A stretch of 64,000 nt of DNA from positions 141,921,885-141,985,884 of the forward strand of contig NC_052147.1 in assembly GCF_902713615.1 (NCBI RefSeq), given 5' to 3'. Shown here in pieces: positions 26,239-37,769 of this stretch. The notes under the pieces are model-generated. The model worked only from the letters and a program-made list of their open reading frames with translations. It was not told the origin of the DNA and did no database searches. A program made the position numbers and the translations under genes. Origin of the DNA: Scyliorhinus canicula (Eukaryota). The first letter of the stretch is position 1; every line of letters starts with the position of its first letter.

Positions 26239-27415
26239 CTATTTACATACTGTTTCAAGAAACCCTCCTGAACGCTCCTTACAAATTCTGCTCCATCCAT
26301 GCCTCTAAGTGTGTCCCAGTCAATATAGGGAAAGTTAAAATCACTCACCACAAAACCCTATTGTTTATACATGTTTCCAAGATCTGTCTGCATAGCAGCT
26401 CCTCTTATCTCCCGCTGGCTGTTAGGAGGTCTGCAGTAAACCACCAACATTTGGGGCCTCATGGTAGCATGGTGGTTAGCATCAATGCTTCACAGCTCCA
26501 GGGTTCCAGGTTCGATTCCCGGCTGGGTCACTGTCTGTGTGGAGTCTGCACGTCCTCCCCGTGTGTGCGTGGGTTTCCTCCGGGTGCTCCGGTTTCCTCC
26601 CACAGTCCAAAGATGTGCGGGTTAGGTGGATTGGCCATGCTAAATTGCCCGTAGTGTAAGGTTAATGGGGGGATTGTTGGGTTACGGGTATACGGGTTAC
26701 GTGGGTTTAAGTAGGGTGATCATTGCTCGGCACAACATCGAGGGCCGAAGGGCCTGTTCTGTGCTGTACTGTTCTATGTTCTATTGTGACAGCGTCCTTC
26801 CTATTCCTGAGCTCTAGCCATATTGCCTCGCTGCCTGAACCCTCCAAGGTGTCCTCCCTCAGCACAGCTGTGATATTCTCCTTAACCAATAATGCAATTC
26901 CCCCACCCCTTTTGCACCCCTCTCTATCCTACCTGAAGCATTTAAATCCTGGAATGTTTAGTTGCCAATCCAGTCCCTCTTTCAACCAGGTTTCTGTAAT
27001 AGCAACAACATCATAATTCCACGTACTAATCAAAACTCTTAAATTTATCTGTCTTACCTGAAATATTCCTTGCGTTGAAACTAATGCACTTCAACCCCGC
27101 TGCATTGACCAACCACTCCCTGCCTGCTCTTCCTCTTAATCTTACTGACCTTAGTCTGTAGCTCTCCCTCAGTTATTTATCCCGCTGACCTACTGCTCTG
27201 GTTCCCACCCCACTGCTATATACTAAGCAGTTCAATCTGTTTCTCTGCTTTCCACTTTTCTCCTTACTAGCTTTTGTTTCCATCCCCTCTTTACTACCCT
27301 CTGACTTCCTGCATTGGATGCCATCCCCCTGCCACATTAGTTTAACCCCTTTCCAACAGCGCTAGAAAACAACCCCCGAGGACATTGGTTCCAGTCCTGC
27401 CCATGGTAGACTGTC
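26239..27415 (-). mobile_element. CR1 LINE 5' ORF2 (endonuclease) region
   Basis: SDFNFPYIDW...FVRSVQEGFLKQYV and EAIWLELRNRK on the minus strand. Confidence 0.85.
26452..26782 (+). mobile_element. Young HE1 SINE
   Basis: Nearly identical to 41521-41850 and 62146-62497; gttctat-repeat tail. Confidence 0.92.
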
Positions 27416-27419
27416 GCAC

Positions 27420-27600
27420 TGTCACCGTTCTTTGGATGAAGAGATTTTTTTGAAATTCCCAATTGATATCTTGGTGATTATCTTATATTGATGGCCTCTG
27501 GTTTTGTTCTTCACTGCAAATGTAAGCACTCTCTCTGTGTCACCTCTACCAAAGTCTTTAATAATTTTTAGACACCTCATTAGGTCACCCCTCGGCCTAT
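27420..27600 (-). mobile_element. CR1 3' fragment
   Basis: RGDLMRCLKII...TRGHQYK on the minus strand. Confidence 0.7.
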
Positions 27601-27914
27601 TGATTTTTTTCCTGATAGGTATAACCACACTTTTCTGGTGCTATCCCTATAAATTATTTCTGTATGCTCTCCAGTGCTCTGGTCCTGAAATCTCACAAAT
27701 AGATTGCAGGCTGCGACTCAAAAGCATTTGGAGAGAGTGCAGGAGAGGTTCATGAGAACGGTTCCAGGGTTGGACAAGTTGGGACTCTTTTTCCCGGAGG
27801 AAAGGAGGCCAGGCGGAGATGTGATGGGAGCGTTCAAAATCCTGAGGGGCCTGAACAGAGTAGACAGAGGTGAAATCCTTCCCGCTATTTAAAAAAAAAT
27901 TGTTTTTTTAAAAC

Positions 27915-28395
27915 AATCTTTATCGTCACAAGTACGCTTATATCAACACTGCAATGAAGTTACTGTGAAAAGCCCCTATTCGCTACATTCCGGCGCTTAT
28001 TCGGGTACACTGAGGCAAAATTCAGAATGTCCAATTCACCTAACAGCACATCTTTCGGGACTTGTGGAAAGAAACGGGAGAATGAAATGAATGAATGAAA
28101 TGAAAATCGCTTATTGTCACGAGTAGGCTTCAATGAAGTTACTGTGAAAAGCCCCTAGTCGCCACATTCCGGCGCCTGTCCGGGGAGGCTGGTACGGGAA
28201 TCGAACCGTGCTGCTGGCCTGCTTGGTCTGCTTTAAAAGCCAGCGATTTAGCTCAGTGAGCTAAACCAGCCCCGAGAACCCGGAGGATACCCATGCAGAC
28301 ACGGGGAGAACGTGCAGACTCTGTGACCCCAAGCCTGGAATTGTACCTGGGACCCTGGTGCGGAGAATCAACTGTGATAACCACTGTGCTACCGT
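27915..28395 (-). mobile_element. V-SINE with a nested short tRNA-headed SINE (~28083-28273)
   Basis: Reverse V-SINE interrupted by the reverse ggggctggtttagctca family with a (tttca)n tail. Confidence 0.8.
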
Positions 28396-28652
28396 TCTGT
28401 TGTGATAGGATTGAAAACCAGAGGGCACAGGTTTAAAGTTATCCGCCAAAGAAGCAAAAAGTGACACGGAAAAAACCTTTTCACGCAGCTTAGCACAGTT
28501 GTTAGCACAGTTGCTTCATGGTCCCAGGTTCAATTCCTGGTTTGGGTCACTGTCTGTGCAGAGTCTGCACGTTGTCCCAGTGTCTGTGTGGGTTTACTCC
28601 AGGTGCTCCAGTTTCCTCCCACAAGTCCCGAAAAACGTGCTTGTTCGGTGAA

Positions 28653-28788
28653 ATAAAAGCAAATTATTGCGGATGCAGGAATCTGAAACCAAAAAGAAAA
28701 TGCTGGAAAATCTCAGCAGGTCTGGCAGCATCTGTAGGGAGAGAAAAGAGCTAACGTTTCGAGTCCAGATGACCCTTTGTCAAAGCTG
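28653..28788 (-). mobile_element. Penelope-like pseudo-LTR mini-element
   Basis: Minus strand begins with a hammerhead motif and ends ...cagattcctgcatccgcaataatttgcttttat; ~10-bp TSD gtt(c/a)ggtgaa. Confidence 0.75.
28749..28787 (-). ncRNA. Minimal type I hammerhead ribozyme motif (U3-A8 variant)
   Basis: AGCU-UUGACAA-A-GGGUC-AUCUG-GACUC-GAAA-CG-UU-AGCU: helix I AGCU/AGCU, helix II GGGUC/GACUC, palindromic helix III AACGUU, GUU cleavage triplet. Confidence 0.7.
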
Positions 28789-31320
28789 GTTAGGTGAATT
28801 GGACATTCTGAATTCTCCCTCTGTATACCCGAACAGGCGACAGAGTGTGGCGACTAGGGGATTTTGACAGTAACTTCATTGCAGTGTTAATGTAAGCCTG
28901 CTTGTGACAATATTATTAAAAGTGGTTAGGATCTGGAATGCACCACCCAAGAGCGTGGTGGAGGCTTCAAGAGGGAAATAGCTGATAATTCAAAAGGAAG
29001 AGACACAGGAGAATGGCTCTTGGTAAGTTGCAGCTACGAAGAGCTGGTGCAGGCAAGATGGGGCAAATGGCCTCCTTCTGAGCTGTAACAATTCTGTGAT
29101 TCAATACCAGATATCTATTATCCCCTGCATAAACCATCTAAATCCATTGTTGGGTTGAATCTAACTTCCAGGCATCCATCAATTTCTAAACAGTTCTATT
29201 CTGTAATGCAAATTTCAGCACCGTTTAACCAGATTGTTAGTTTAAAGAAGAATCCTGATACTCTTTAATTTACAAGGTACATGTCAGAAGACACTGAAAT
29301 CTTAATCACATTCATCAGGGGAACCAAGATTTCTTTCAAATTTCTGAAAGTCACAGCAGAGAACCGAATAGCAAGAAGAAAAAGAGGAAGAAAAAAAAAT
29401 GTTTCTCTAGCATCTTCCACCACCCGAGGATGTCCCAAACTATTTTTACAATCAGTGAAGTACTTTTGAGGTGTAATCACAATTGCAATGTGTAAATGGT
29501 GAAAGTAAAAGTAACAGACCTTCACAGCACATAGTTATGGGGTTGGAAAAATCACCAATCATCACTGTTAACTTGGGGTTTAAAATATTTATTTGGTGCC
29601 TATTGAAAGACTTTGCGATTCCCCAGCCCTGCCGCAACAAGTGTGGAAAGTTCATTGATTTTGGAGGCACCTGTAATTCACTGGGAATGTAAATCCCGTT
29701 GAATCCAAGAAAACAAATATAGCCACTGCTTTTTCTCGCCTGCGCATTCAAAAAAAAATCTTAGCTTCTCTGCTTTCTGTCAAAATCTTTACAGGGCAGA
29801 AGTGAGCCACTTGGCCCATCGATTCTGCACTGGCTAGCTGAAAGAGCATTTTACCTAATCCCACTCCCCTGCCCAATCCTCATAACCTTGCACGTTATTT
29901 ATTCACAGATAGTAATGCAATTCCCTTTTAAATACCTTGAGCGGATCTGCCTCTATCACCCTTTCAGGAAGCTCGTTTTAGTTTCCAATCACCTTCGGCA
30001 TGAAACAATGTTTTCCTCACATCATTTCTACTCCCATTCCCATTATTTTGAAATGTGCACTTTAGTTCTTGACGCTCTCTCAAGTGGGAACAGTTTTTCA
30101 CTATTTACCCTATCCATGCCCCTCAGGATCTTGAATACCTCGATCAGCCTTCTTTTTTCCAAGAAAAACAGACCAAACCACTCCAATCCATCCTCATAGC
30201 TTCAGTTGTTTATTCCTGGAATCATTTTTGTGAACCTCCTCTGTACTTTCTCCGAAGCCTTCGCTTCCTTCCTCAAGTATGGTGCCCAGAACTAGATGCA
30301 GTACTCCAGATGAGGCCCAACAAGTTATATAAATTCACCATGGCCTCCTTATTCTAGTACTCAATGCCCCTATTAATAAAACCCAGGGTACAATTTCCTT
30401 TATTACCTGTCTCAACATGCCCTGCCACGTGTAATGACTTATGTACATCTACACCGAGGTTGCTCCTCTTCAAGAGTTCCTCTCTTCATTTTATACCATC
30501 TCTCCATATTCTTCCTGCCAAAATGAATCACTTCACACTTCTCTACATTGAGCTTCATCATCACTTGTCTGTCCAATCCAACAATAAGTCTATGTCCTTT
30601 TGATGTTCACGACTACCTTCAACACAACTGACCATGCTTCCAATCTTCGTATCATCTGCAAATTTTAAAATGATGCCCTTCACACCACCGTCTCGATCGT
30701 TAATATATATCAGAAAGGGCAAGGGTCTCAACACAGCCCTGGGAAATGCCACTAAAAACCTTCCTCCAATCTGAAAAACAACTCTTTATCATTACTCTGT
30801 TTCTTGTCATTCTGCCAATTTCTTATCCAAGTGCCTACTTTCCCCTTTATTGCATGGGCTAGAATTTTGCTCACAAGTCTGCTGTGGGGCACTGTATCAA
30901 ATGCCTTTTGAAAATCCATATATACCACATCAACAGCATTGTGCTGATCAACTATCTCCGTTACCACTTCAAAAAAACTCCAACAAGTTAGTTAAATATG
31001 ATTTTCCTTTATTGAATCCAAACTGGTTTTTCTTTAATAATCCTGCACCTAATCTAAGTGACTACTGATTTTGCCCCGAACTATAGTTTCCAGAGGTTTC
31101 CTAACCACGGAAGTCAATCTGACTGGTCTGTAGTTGCTGGCATTACCTTTGCATTCCTTTTTGAGCAAGGGTGGAATATTCACAATTCTCCAGTACTCAG
31201 GCATTATGACTGGAAGATTATCACCAGTGCCTCTGCAATTTCTGCTCTCACTTCCCTAAGTATCCTTGGGTGCATCTCATCCGGTCCAGGTACCTTATCA
31301 ATTTTAAGCAAAGAGAGCCC

Positions 31321-32402
31321 TGTAGCCATCTGGGATGGCCACTTACAACCAGGAACAGGGAAGCTCGCAAAGCATAGCAGGAAAAATGGACAATGCGAGA
31401 TTCAGGCAGGCTCAGAGCCTGAATGTATATATGCGAGTGAGGAATCCAGACGGTATTGAAACCCCCAACCGATTAGCATTTGATGGCCCATCTCCGCCAA
31501 AGGACTGATACTTGAGACACCGATACAACCCCAGATATTTTGGCACCACTCTCTGTACTCGGGAAGCATAAACAACAGGGTCAATGACCACTTGGGACAC
31601 GCCCAGCCATCAAGGCACCCACACCTTTATTGGTTCGAATCGAACACAGCGATCAGGAGTTACCTAATTAGTGGGGTCCAAATCGAAGGATCGCCCAAAA
31701 GAGCGCGAAAACCCCCCCAAGGATATAAAGAGAGACCACCATGTGTTCGGCCTCTCTTGGACCTGGTGCTCCGGCAACATCTACCTCCAATTGCAGCACC
31801 AGCAGAAGCAAGTTCAAGTTCAACGCCCGCTACCAGACGGATGAGCCGAGCTGAGCAGCAACGGCCACTGTTCCTCTGACCTAAGCCGGGTGCCTGAAGT
31901 TAAGTACAGGTTATCATAGTTGACAATTTTTATTTATTTTTTTTTTTTTAATTTAGAATACCCAATTCATTTTTCCAATTAAGGGGCAATTTAGTGCGGC
32001 CAATCCACCTACTCTGCACATCTTTGGGTTGTGGGGGCGAAACCCACGCAAACACGGGGAGAATGTGCAAACTCCACACAGACAGTGACCCAGAGCCGGG
32101 ATTCGAACCTGGGACCTCGGCGCCATGAGGCAACAGGGCTAACCCACTGCGCCACCGTGCTGCCCCCATAGTTGACAATTTAACCAATAGTGTTTATGTT
32201 GCATGATTAATTGTGTGTGTAAATAAAGTACCCTTGACCTTGAACTAACTAACTGGTGTTTGGCTCTTTGATCGATAACCGGTTGAACCTTGTGATGGTA
32301 TCAGTTGATACATGGCGACTCTGAGCAATAGAATATTGATATCCAAAGGAAGGAGGGCAACCTCACTGACTGCCATATTTACAGTAGGTAAAAAAGGCAA
32401 CA
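31321..32402 (+). mobile_element. Solo LTR (ERV1- or Gypsy-type)
   Basis: TGTAG...CAACA termini, 4-bp TSD gccc, attgg box (~31629), TATA ggatataaag (31721), aataaa (32222). Confidence 0.85.
31930..32166 (-). mobile_element. Short poly(A)-tailed V-SINE nested in the solo LTR
   Basis: Exact 15-bp TSD catagttgacaattt (31915-31929, 32167-32181). Confidence 0.92.
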
Positions 32403-33439
32403 GCCCAACATCTCCTCCTTCTCAATTGTAAAGTTCTCGAGTGTACCCGTTACATCCACTATCGCTTCAGCCTTTTTCCTTTGTAATGACTGATGCAAAG
32501 TATCCGTTTAGTACCTTTGTAACTTTCCTTGCCTCCACATGCAAATCCTCTTTTTTTATCCCTGATCGACCCTACTCTTTCTTTTACCGCCATTTTATTA
32601 TGTACATGCTGATAGAAGACCTTGGGATTCTCTTTTATGTTAGCAGCTGGCCTCTTTTCATGCTCCCTCCTTGCATTTCTGATTAGTTTTTGCACTTCCC
32701 TTCTGGTCCTTCTATATTCAGCCTGATTCTCCATTGCTTTTTCTAGCTGGCATCTGGCATATGTGTACTTCTTCCCTTTTCATCTTCACTGCTATCTCTC
32801 TCGCCATCCAGGGTGTTCTAGATTTATTTGTCATACCTTTCCCCTACATCTCTTCATTCATCCAATGTGAGGGGACAGACCACCTGATCGCAGACACTGT
32901 ATCCCATTGTGGGAGGTGCAATGGAGGTAAAATAGCGGACCTTGGGAACACATTGCCCAAGGGTGTGATGGACGATGATTCAGTGAATTTCTTCAAATAA
33001 GAGCTGGAAATGGTGCTAAATGGAACTAGTACAACACTTTGCACACAAGATAGACAACTGAAGACATTAGTCATGACTATTGATCTTCTTCAGGTGGTTC
33101 CTCTGTTAAAGGAGCATGCTGAAATTACAATCAGGTTGGGAGTTCCAATTCTACCCACGCCCCTCCCACCGCCCGACTCCCACCACTTCTCCTGAATACA
33201 TTGTCTATTTGTTGAGTGCCTTCCAATAACCCGCCCAAATGGCCATCATTCATGTCCTAGTCCTGAAGACACACAATGTTGACAGGAATTCTAAAGAAGT
33301 TATCATAAGAGATCAAAACCTTGTTCTTGCCCAACACGTGCATTCTTTTCAGCAAATCTCATTGCATCTGGGCCAGGAACTTTCCCCCTCTGAGTAAAAC
33401 AGCCCCATGGCTAACTCGAGCAAAAATTAAATCCAATAT

Positions 33440-34440
33440 TTCAGTGCAGTGCTGAGGGAGTGTTGCACTGTTAGAGATGATGGGCTAGATTCTCTGTTTT
33501 TTGGACTATGCCCCCAAGCCATTGTAAAAACTGTGGACTTTCACGCCAGAAAAACTGGCGGGAAAGGGCCACACATTCCTAGCCCTGCAGGGCGCTAGCA
33601 GGGACCCATCGTAAGACTAGCAGCTTTTGCTGCAGATACAGGCCCCCGCACTTCCGGGTCGGAGGTCGCGTACGCGCATGGCTGCGGCCTCCAGCGGCTG
33701 CGCCGTGCTCCATGGCGGACTCAGACTGCGGAGCTGGACATTTAAAATAGACTCCCTGATCGGTTGTGCGCCTGATCCTGACTGCCTGCCCAAACAGTGC
33801 CTGGCCGCGTACAAGGACCCCCCCGCCCTCCAATTGGCCCGCCCCTGACCAGGGCAGTCGCGGACAAAGTCTTCAGCTATCACGCTAGTTTCCCAATCGG
33901 CAGGACCATGAGTGGTCCACGCTGTTGGGATTTCAGCCAGTCGGGGGCGGAGTGGGCCTCCAGCAATGGCCCAGGTAGGCGCTATGCGGTGCGTACTCTC
34001 AAAGTACTTTTTGGGGCATGCAGAATCGGGGAACCGATGCTGGTCCCAATTCCTTAGTTGGAAATGGATTCTCTGCCCTGGCGCCGACCGCGATTTTGGC
34101 ATCGAGGTGTGGAGAATCCAGCCCGCCATCTTTCAGGTGAGACATTAAAGCAAGGCCCTGTTTACTTGCTTGGGTAAATGCAAAAGGTCACATGGCATTA
34201 TATGAAGAGCATTGAAGTTCTCCCTGGTGCCTTGGTCAATATTTATCCTTTAACCAACATTGCTGAAACAGATTGTCAGCTCTTTATCTGACTGCTTTTT
34301 TCAAATTGACGTGTGCAAATTGCATGTCAAACTTTGAACATCCCAGCAGGGACTACACTTCAACAAAGTACTTCACTGGCTGCAATATCCTTTGTGGAAT
34401 CCTAAGATTGTTAAAGGGGACAAAGAAATGCAAACTATTT
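33440..34440 (+). mobile_element. Deu-domain SINE split by a MITE
   Basis: cagtgcagtgctgagggagtgttgcactg|...|gccatctttcaggtgagacattaaa...caaagtacttcactggctg. Confidence 0.75.
33482..34124. mobile_element. GC-rich MITE with GGGC termini (PIF/Harbinger-like)
   Basis: TIR gggctagattctc / gagaatccagccc (12/13); precisely interrupts a DeuSINE; TSD not clean. Confidence 0.8.
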
Positions 34441-34639
34441 CTGCTTTCTTCACTACATTGGCTGAGGCCAGTTAACTCTCTCAAATTGAGGATCGAGGCA
34501 TACTGCACAGACCCGTGGGCGATGGTACACTGCTGGCAGAATGGAGAATCCCACCAGTGGAGAACTCACACCGGTGTTTCTGTTTGTCCCTGCTGGATCT
34601 TGGGCCCTGGGTCATAACAGGTTTAACCTTGGTTTACTA

Positions 34640-35060
34640 GACTAATACTAATGGGTGGATTGTCTCGTAAGGGAAATTTGGAAAGGTTATGTTTGTATCC
34701 ACTACAGTTTAGAGAAATATAAGGTGACTTGATCGAAAATGTAAGATCGTGAGGTGTATTGAACAGGGTGGATGTGGAGAGGATGTTTCCTCTTGCCGGA
34801 GCATCTAGAACTAGGGGTCACTGTTTAAAAATAAGCGGTCACTCATTTAAGATGGGGATGAGGAGAAACTGTTTTTCTTAAAGGGTCATGAGACTTTGGA
34901 ACTCTCTTCCTCAAAGGTTAGTGAATATTTTTAAAGCAGAGATAGATTTTTGATTAACAAGGGGGTGAAAGGTTGTTGATAATCAGATCAGTCATGATCT
35001 TAATGAATGGCGGAATAGGTTTGAGGGGCCGAGAGGCCTCCTCCTGCACCTAATTTGTAT
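34640..35060 (+). mobile_element. CR1 3' fragment
   Basis: ggtgacttgatcgaa, tctagaactaggggtca, tail ggggccgagaggcctcctcctgcacc. Confidence 0.8.
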
Positions 35061-35450
35061 GTTTTAATTTATGTATGTGTGTATGTATGCATGTTTGTAT
35101 GCATGTATGGTGTGCATGTATGTGATGCTCAATAAAAGGGGGGAAAAGGGAGAGGCTATGGGCGATGCCGGCATATACATAAAAACATACATGACCAACC
35201 ACAGTAGCTTGACTGCACATACTGGTAAAGAAAAATGACAAAACTTGCATTTATATAGTGCCTTTCACAATGTCAGGGTATCCCTATGTGCTTCACAGCC
35301 AATTAACTATTTCTGAAAAGCAGCCGCTGCCGTAATGCAATGACAGCTACTATTGAGTGCCAGACCCAATGGATGACCGTTTCAATTTTTAATGAATAGG
35401 CCAAATGATTGACCACACTTTCATCTATCTTACTGACCTGAACAGAAAAC

Positions 35451-35632
35451 AGGGGCTGTTTAGCACAACGCTAAATTGCTGGCTTTGAAAGCAGACCAAG
35501 CAGGCCAGCAGCACGGTTCGATTCCCGTAACAGCCTCCCCGAACAGGCGCCGGAATGTGGCGACTAGGGGCTTTTCACAGTAACTTCATTTGAAGCCTAC
35601 TCGTAACAATAAGCGATTTTTCATTTCATTTT
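35451..35632 (+). mobile_element. Short tRNA-headed SINE (ggggctggtttagc family)
   Basis: A/B boxes, ggcgactaggggcttttcacagtaacttc tail, (tttca)n end; at least 6 copies in the window. Confidence 0.85.
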
Positions 35633-36480
35633 TTCAAAACAAAGGAGTTGGGGCATATACGTTACCAGAGAGGAAAAGCTGAAGGAGGAGATTTTCTTTA
35701 AATTTCACACGCAGAGCGAAATATGCCCCAGCATTTTTAAAAGAATAAATAAAACGGTAATGCTTATGAACCTGTGCTGGAAGGATGCAATGCTCAGGCA
35801 CTGTAAGTTTCATGGTCCAGTGTTCATTTCCACAACCAGACTCCCTCATTCAATTCAAATGTCAAGTCACGCTGCAGGTGGGTTTAAACAGTTTTTTTTG
35901 CAGTGAAGTGTCCCAGATGCCAGCTCTCGGACACAACCCTGGAAACAGTATGCTGCAGCCAGCTGAAGGGAAGAGACACTTATCAGGGAGCCCTGCTTCC
36001 TGTGGCTTAGGCAAGATAAATGACACACGAGAAAACCTTGGGCACGCTCACGAGTTTCTCATTTTGGGGGACTTGGGAGAAAACATTAGATTTCAGACGA
36101 ACATCCATCTGGCCCTCACCATTCTTCATTGCTTTGGAGGAAAAGGTTTCACTCATTTAAATCCCAGGACATCTGCTGAAGAACAATAAGTCATTTAAAT
36201 TCTTCCTAAATCATCTGTCGGCACTCTTAAAAAATCAGAAGCTCTGTTGTTTTACTTCCAATCCCCCAAAAGTCAAGGGACATTAAACCCACGGAGAGAA
36301 ATACAGGGAATGTACACACTGAGATCACTGTGCACTCCATTGCCATGGCAACTCTCAGCACTCAAAGTTGGTTTCAAGGCCCCTAGAAATAATCATTTTA
36401 ATTACAAAATTTCCTCTCAATGCTTAATTCATTTACTGAATTAATTATTTTCAAATTAAATATTGAAAAAGTGACCTCCG

Positions 36481-36965
36481 CACTTGCAGTGAATGATTGT
36501 AATGGTGCTGTACTGGCACACAATACGTTCTCCCCGTGCCTGCGTGGGTTTCGTCCGGGTGCTCTGGTTTCCTCCCATAAGTCCCAAAAGATGTGCCATT
36601 AGGTAATTTGGACATTCTGAATTCTCCCTGTGTAACCAAACAGGTGCCGGAATGTGGCGACTAGGGGCTTTTCACAGTAACTTCACTACAGTGTTAATGT
36701 AAGCCTACTTGTGACAATAAAGTTTATTGTTATTATTATGGAACTACCTACCCCTTTCGGCACTCAGAAAGATTGTAATGCTATTGTAATGGTATTGGCT
36801 ACCCTTTGCAATCATTGTAATGGTGGTGTACTGGCATACAATATCATAATCGTACTACTTGCCCGTTTCAGCACTCGCAAATCTTGTAATGGTATTGCAA
36901 TGGTACTGGTTACCACTTGCAGCGATTGTAATGTACTGTACTGGTACACAATGGCGTAATGCTAT
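36481..36965. repeat. Degenerate ~111-bp tandem repeat (~2.5 units) interrupted by a 5'-truncated V-SINE (~36527-36737)
   Basis: Units start cactcag (36761) and cactcgc (36872); internal ttgtaatggt sub-repeats. Confidence 0.7.
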
Positions 36966-37110
36966 TCTGTAATGATGCCTTCCAGTATTAAAATTGGGCA
37001 ATAATCAAAAACCTCTTGAAATTCTCCATCCCAAATTTATATTGCATTATGCAGAAAACACAGTGGGTAAGGAAATGTTACAAAACTGTTTAACTGGGGC
37101 TGAGAACATT

Positions 37111-37265
37111 GAAATGAAAATTGCTTATTGTCACAAGTAGGCTTCAAATGAAGTTACTGTGAAAAGTAACTAGTCGCCACATTCCGGCACCTGTTCGGGG
37201 AGGCTGGTACGGGAATTGAACCGTGCTGCTGGCCTGCCTTGGTCTGCTTTAAAAGTCAGCTCTTT
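37111..37265 (-). mobile_element. Short tRNA-headed SINE
   Basis: Reverse complement of 37344-37522. Confidence 0.85.
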
Positions 37266-37343
37266 AGACAAATGCTACTTCTGAGACTGAGTCACGAGGC
37301 ACATACTCAAGGCTCCCACTTGCACATAAAGTGGGTTGTATGA

Positions 37344-37522
37344 AGGGGCTGGTTTAGCTCACAGGGCTAATCGCTGGCTTTTAAAGCAGACCAAGCAGGC
37401 CAGCAGCACGGTTCGATTCCCATACCAGCCTCCCCGGACAGGCGCCGGAATGTGGCGACTAGGGGCTTTTCACAGTAACTTCATTGAAGCCTACTCGTGA
37501 CAATAAGCGATTTTCATTTTTT
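37344..37522 (+). mobile_element. Short tRNA-headed SINE
   Basis: Full copy ggggctggtttagctcacagggcta...gcgattttcattt. Confidence 0.9.
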
Positions 37523-37532
37523 CATGTCTCAC

Positions 37533-37679
37533 CTAGGCTGCCAAAGACAGATAAGTGCGTTAGCACCTCCATATTGTTTCTTTTCTTTCTTCTCATTTCT
37601 TGTCTTTTTCTTCTGCTCTCCTAATTGTCTTTCCCCATTAACAGCTATCTCCTTGAGCACTAGCCTCATGAAGCAGAGT
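37533..37679 (-). CDS. Candidate in-frame PARD3B cassette (or alternative first) exon
   Basis: ctccag|ACTCTGC...CAGCCTAG|gtgaga; 147 nt, phase 2/2, stop-free: (R)LCFMRLVLKEIAVNGERQLGEQKKKTRNEKKEKKQYGGANALICLWQP(R). Confidence 0.3.
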
Positions 37680-37769
37680 CTGGAGGCCATGCTTTACATC
37701 AGGGTGAAGTAGAAATATCATGAACCCTCCAGGTATAAAGCTCAAATAATTTATATGCACATTTATTTA

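Larger units (their letters stand above)
28488..28920 (+). mobile_element. V-SINE (cagtaacttcattgc tail), interrupted by a Penelope-derived insert
   Basis: Head, V domain and tail; break at ...ttgttcggtgaa / gttaggtgaattgg. Confidence 0.85.
27720..29103 (+). mobile_element. CR1 3' fragment broken by several SINE insertions
   Basis: LERVQERFMR...GDVMGAFKILRG, then agagggcacaggtttaaa and a CR1 tail at 29040-29103. Confidence 0.75.
29788..32850 (-). mobile_element. CR1 LINE (decayed), host of the solo LTR
   Basis: KFADDTKIG, YMDFQKAFDTVPH, NIKENPKVFY on the minus strand. Confidence 0.88.

Noticed and set aside
35451-35545. tRNA gene (A/B boxes, acceptor-like stem ggggctg/cagcct)
   Set aside because: Multi-copy, oversized variable region, fused to a LINE-type tail: a SINE head.
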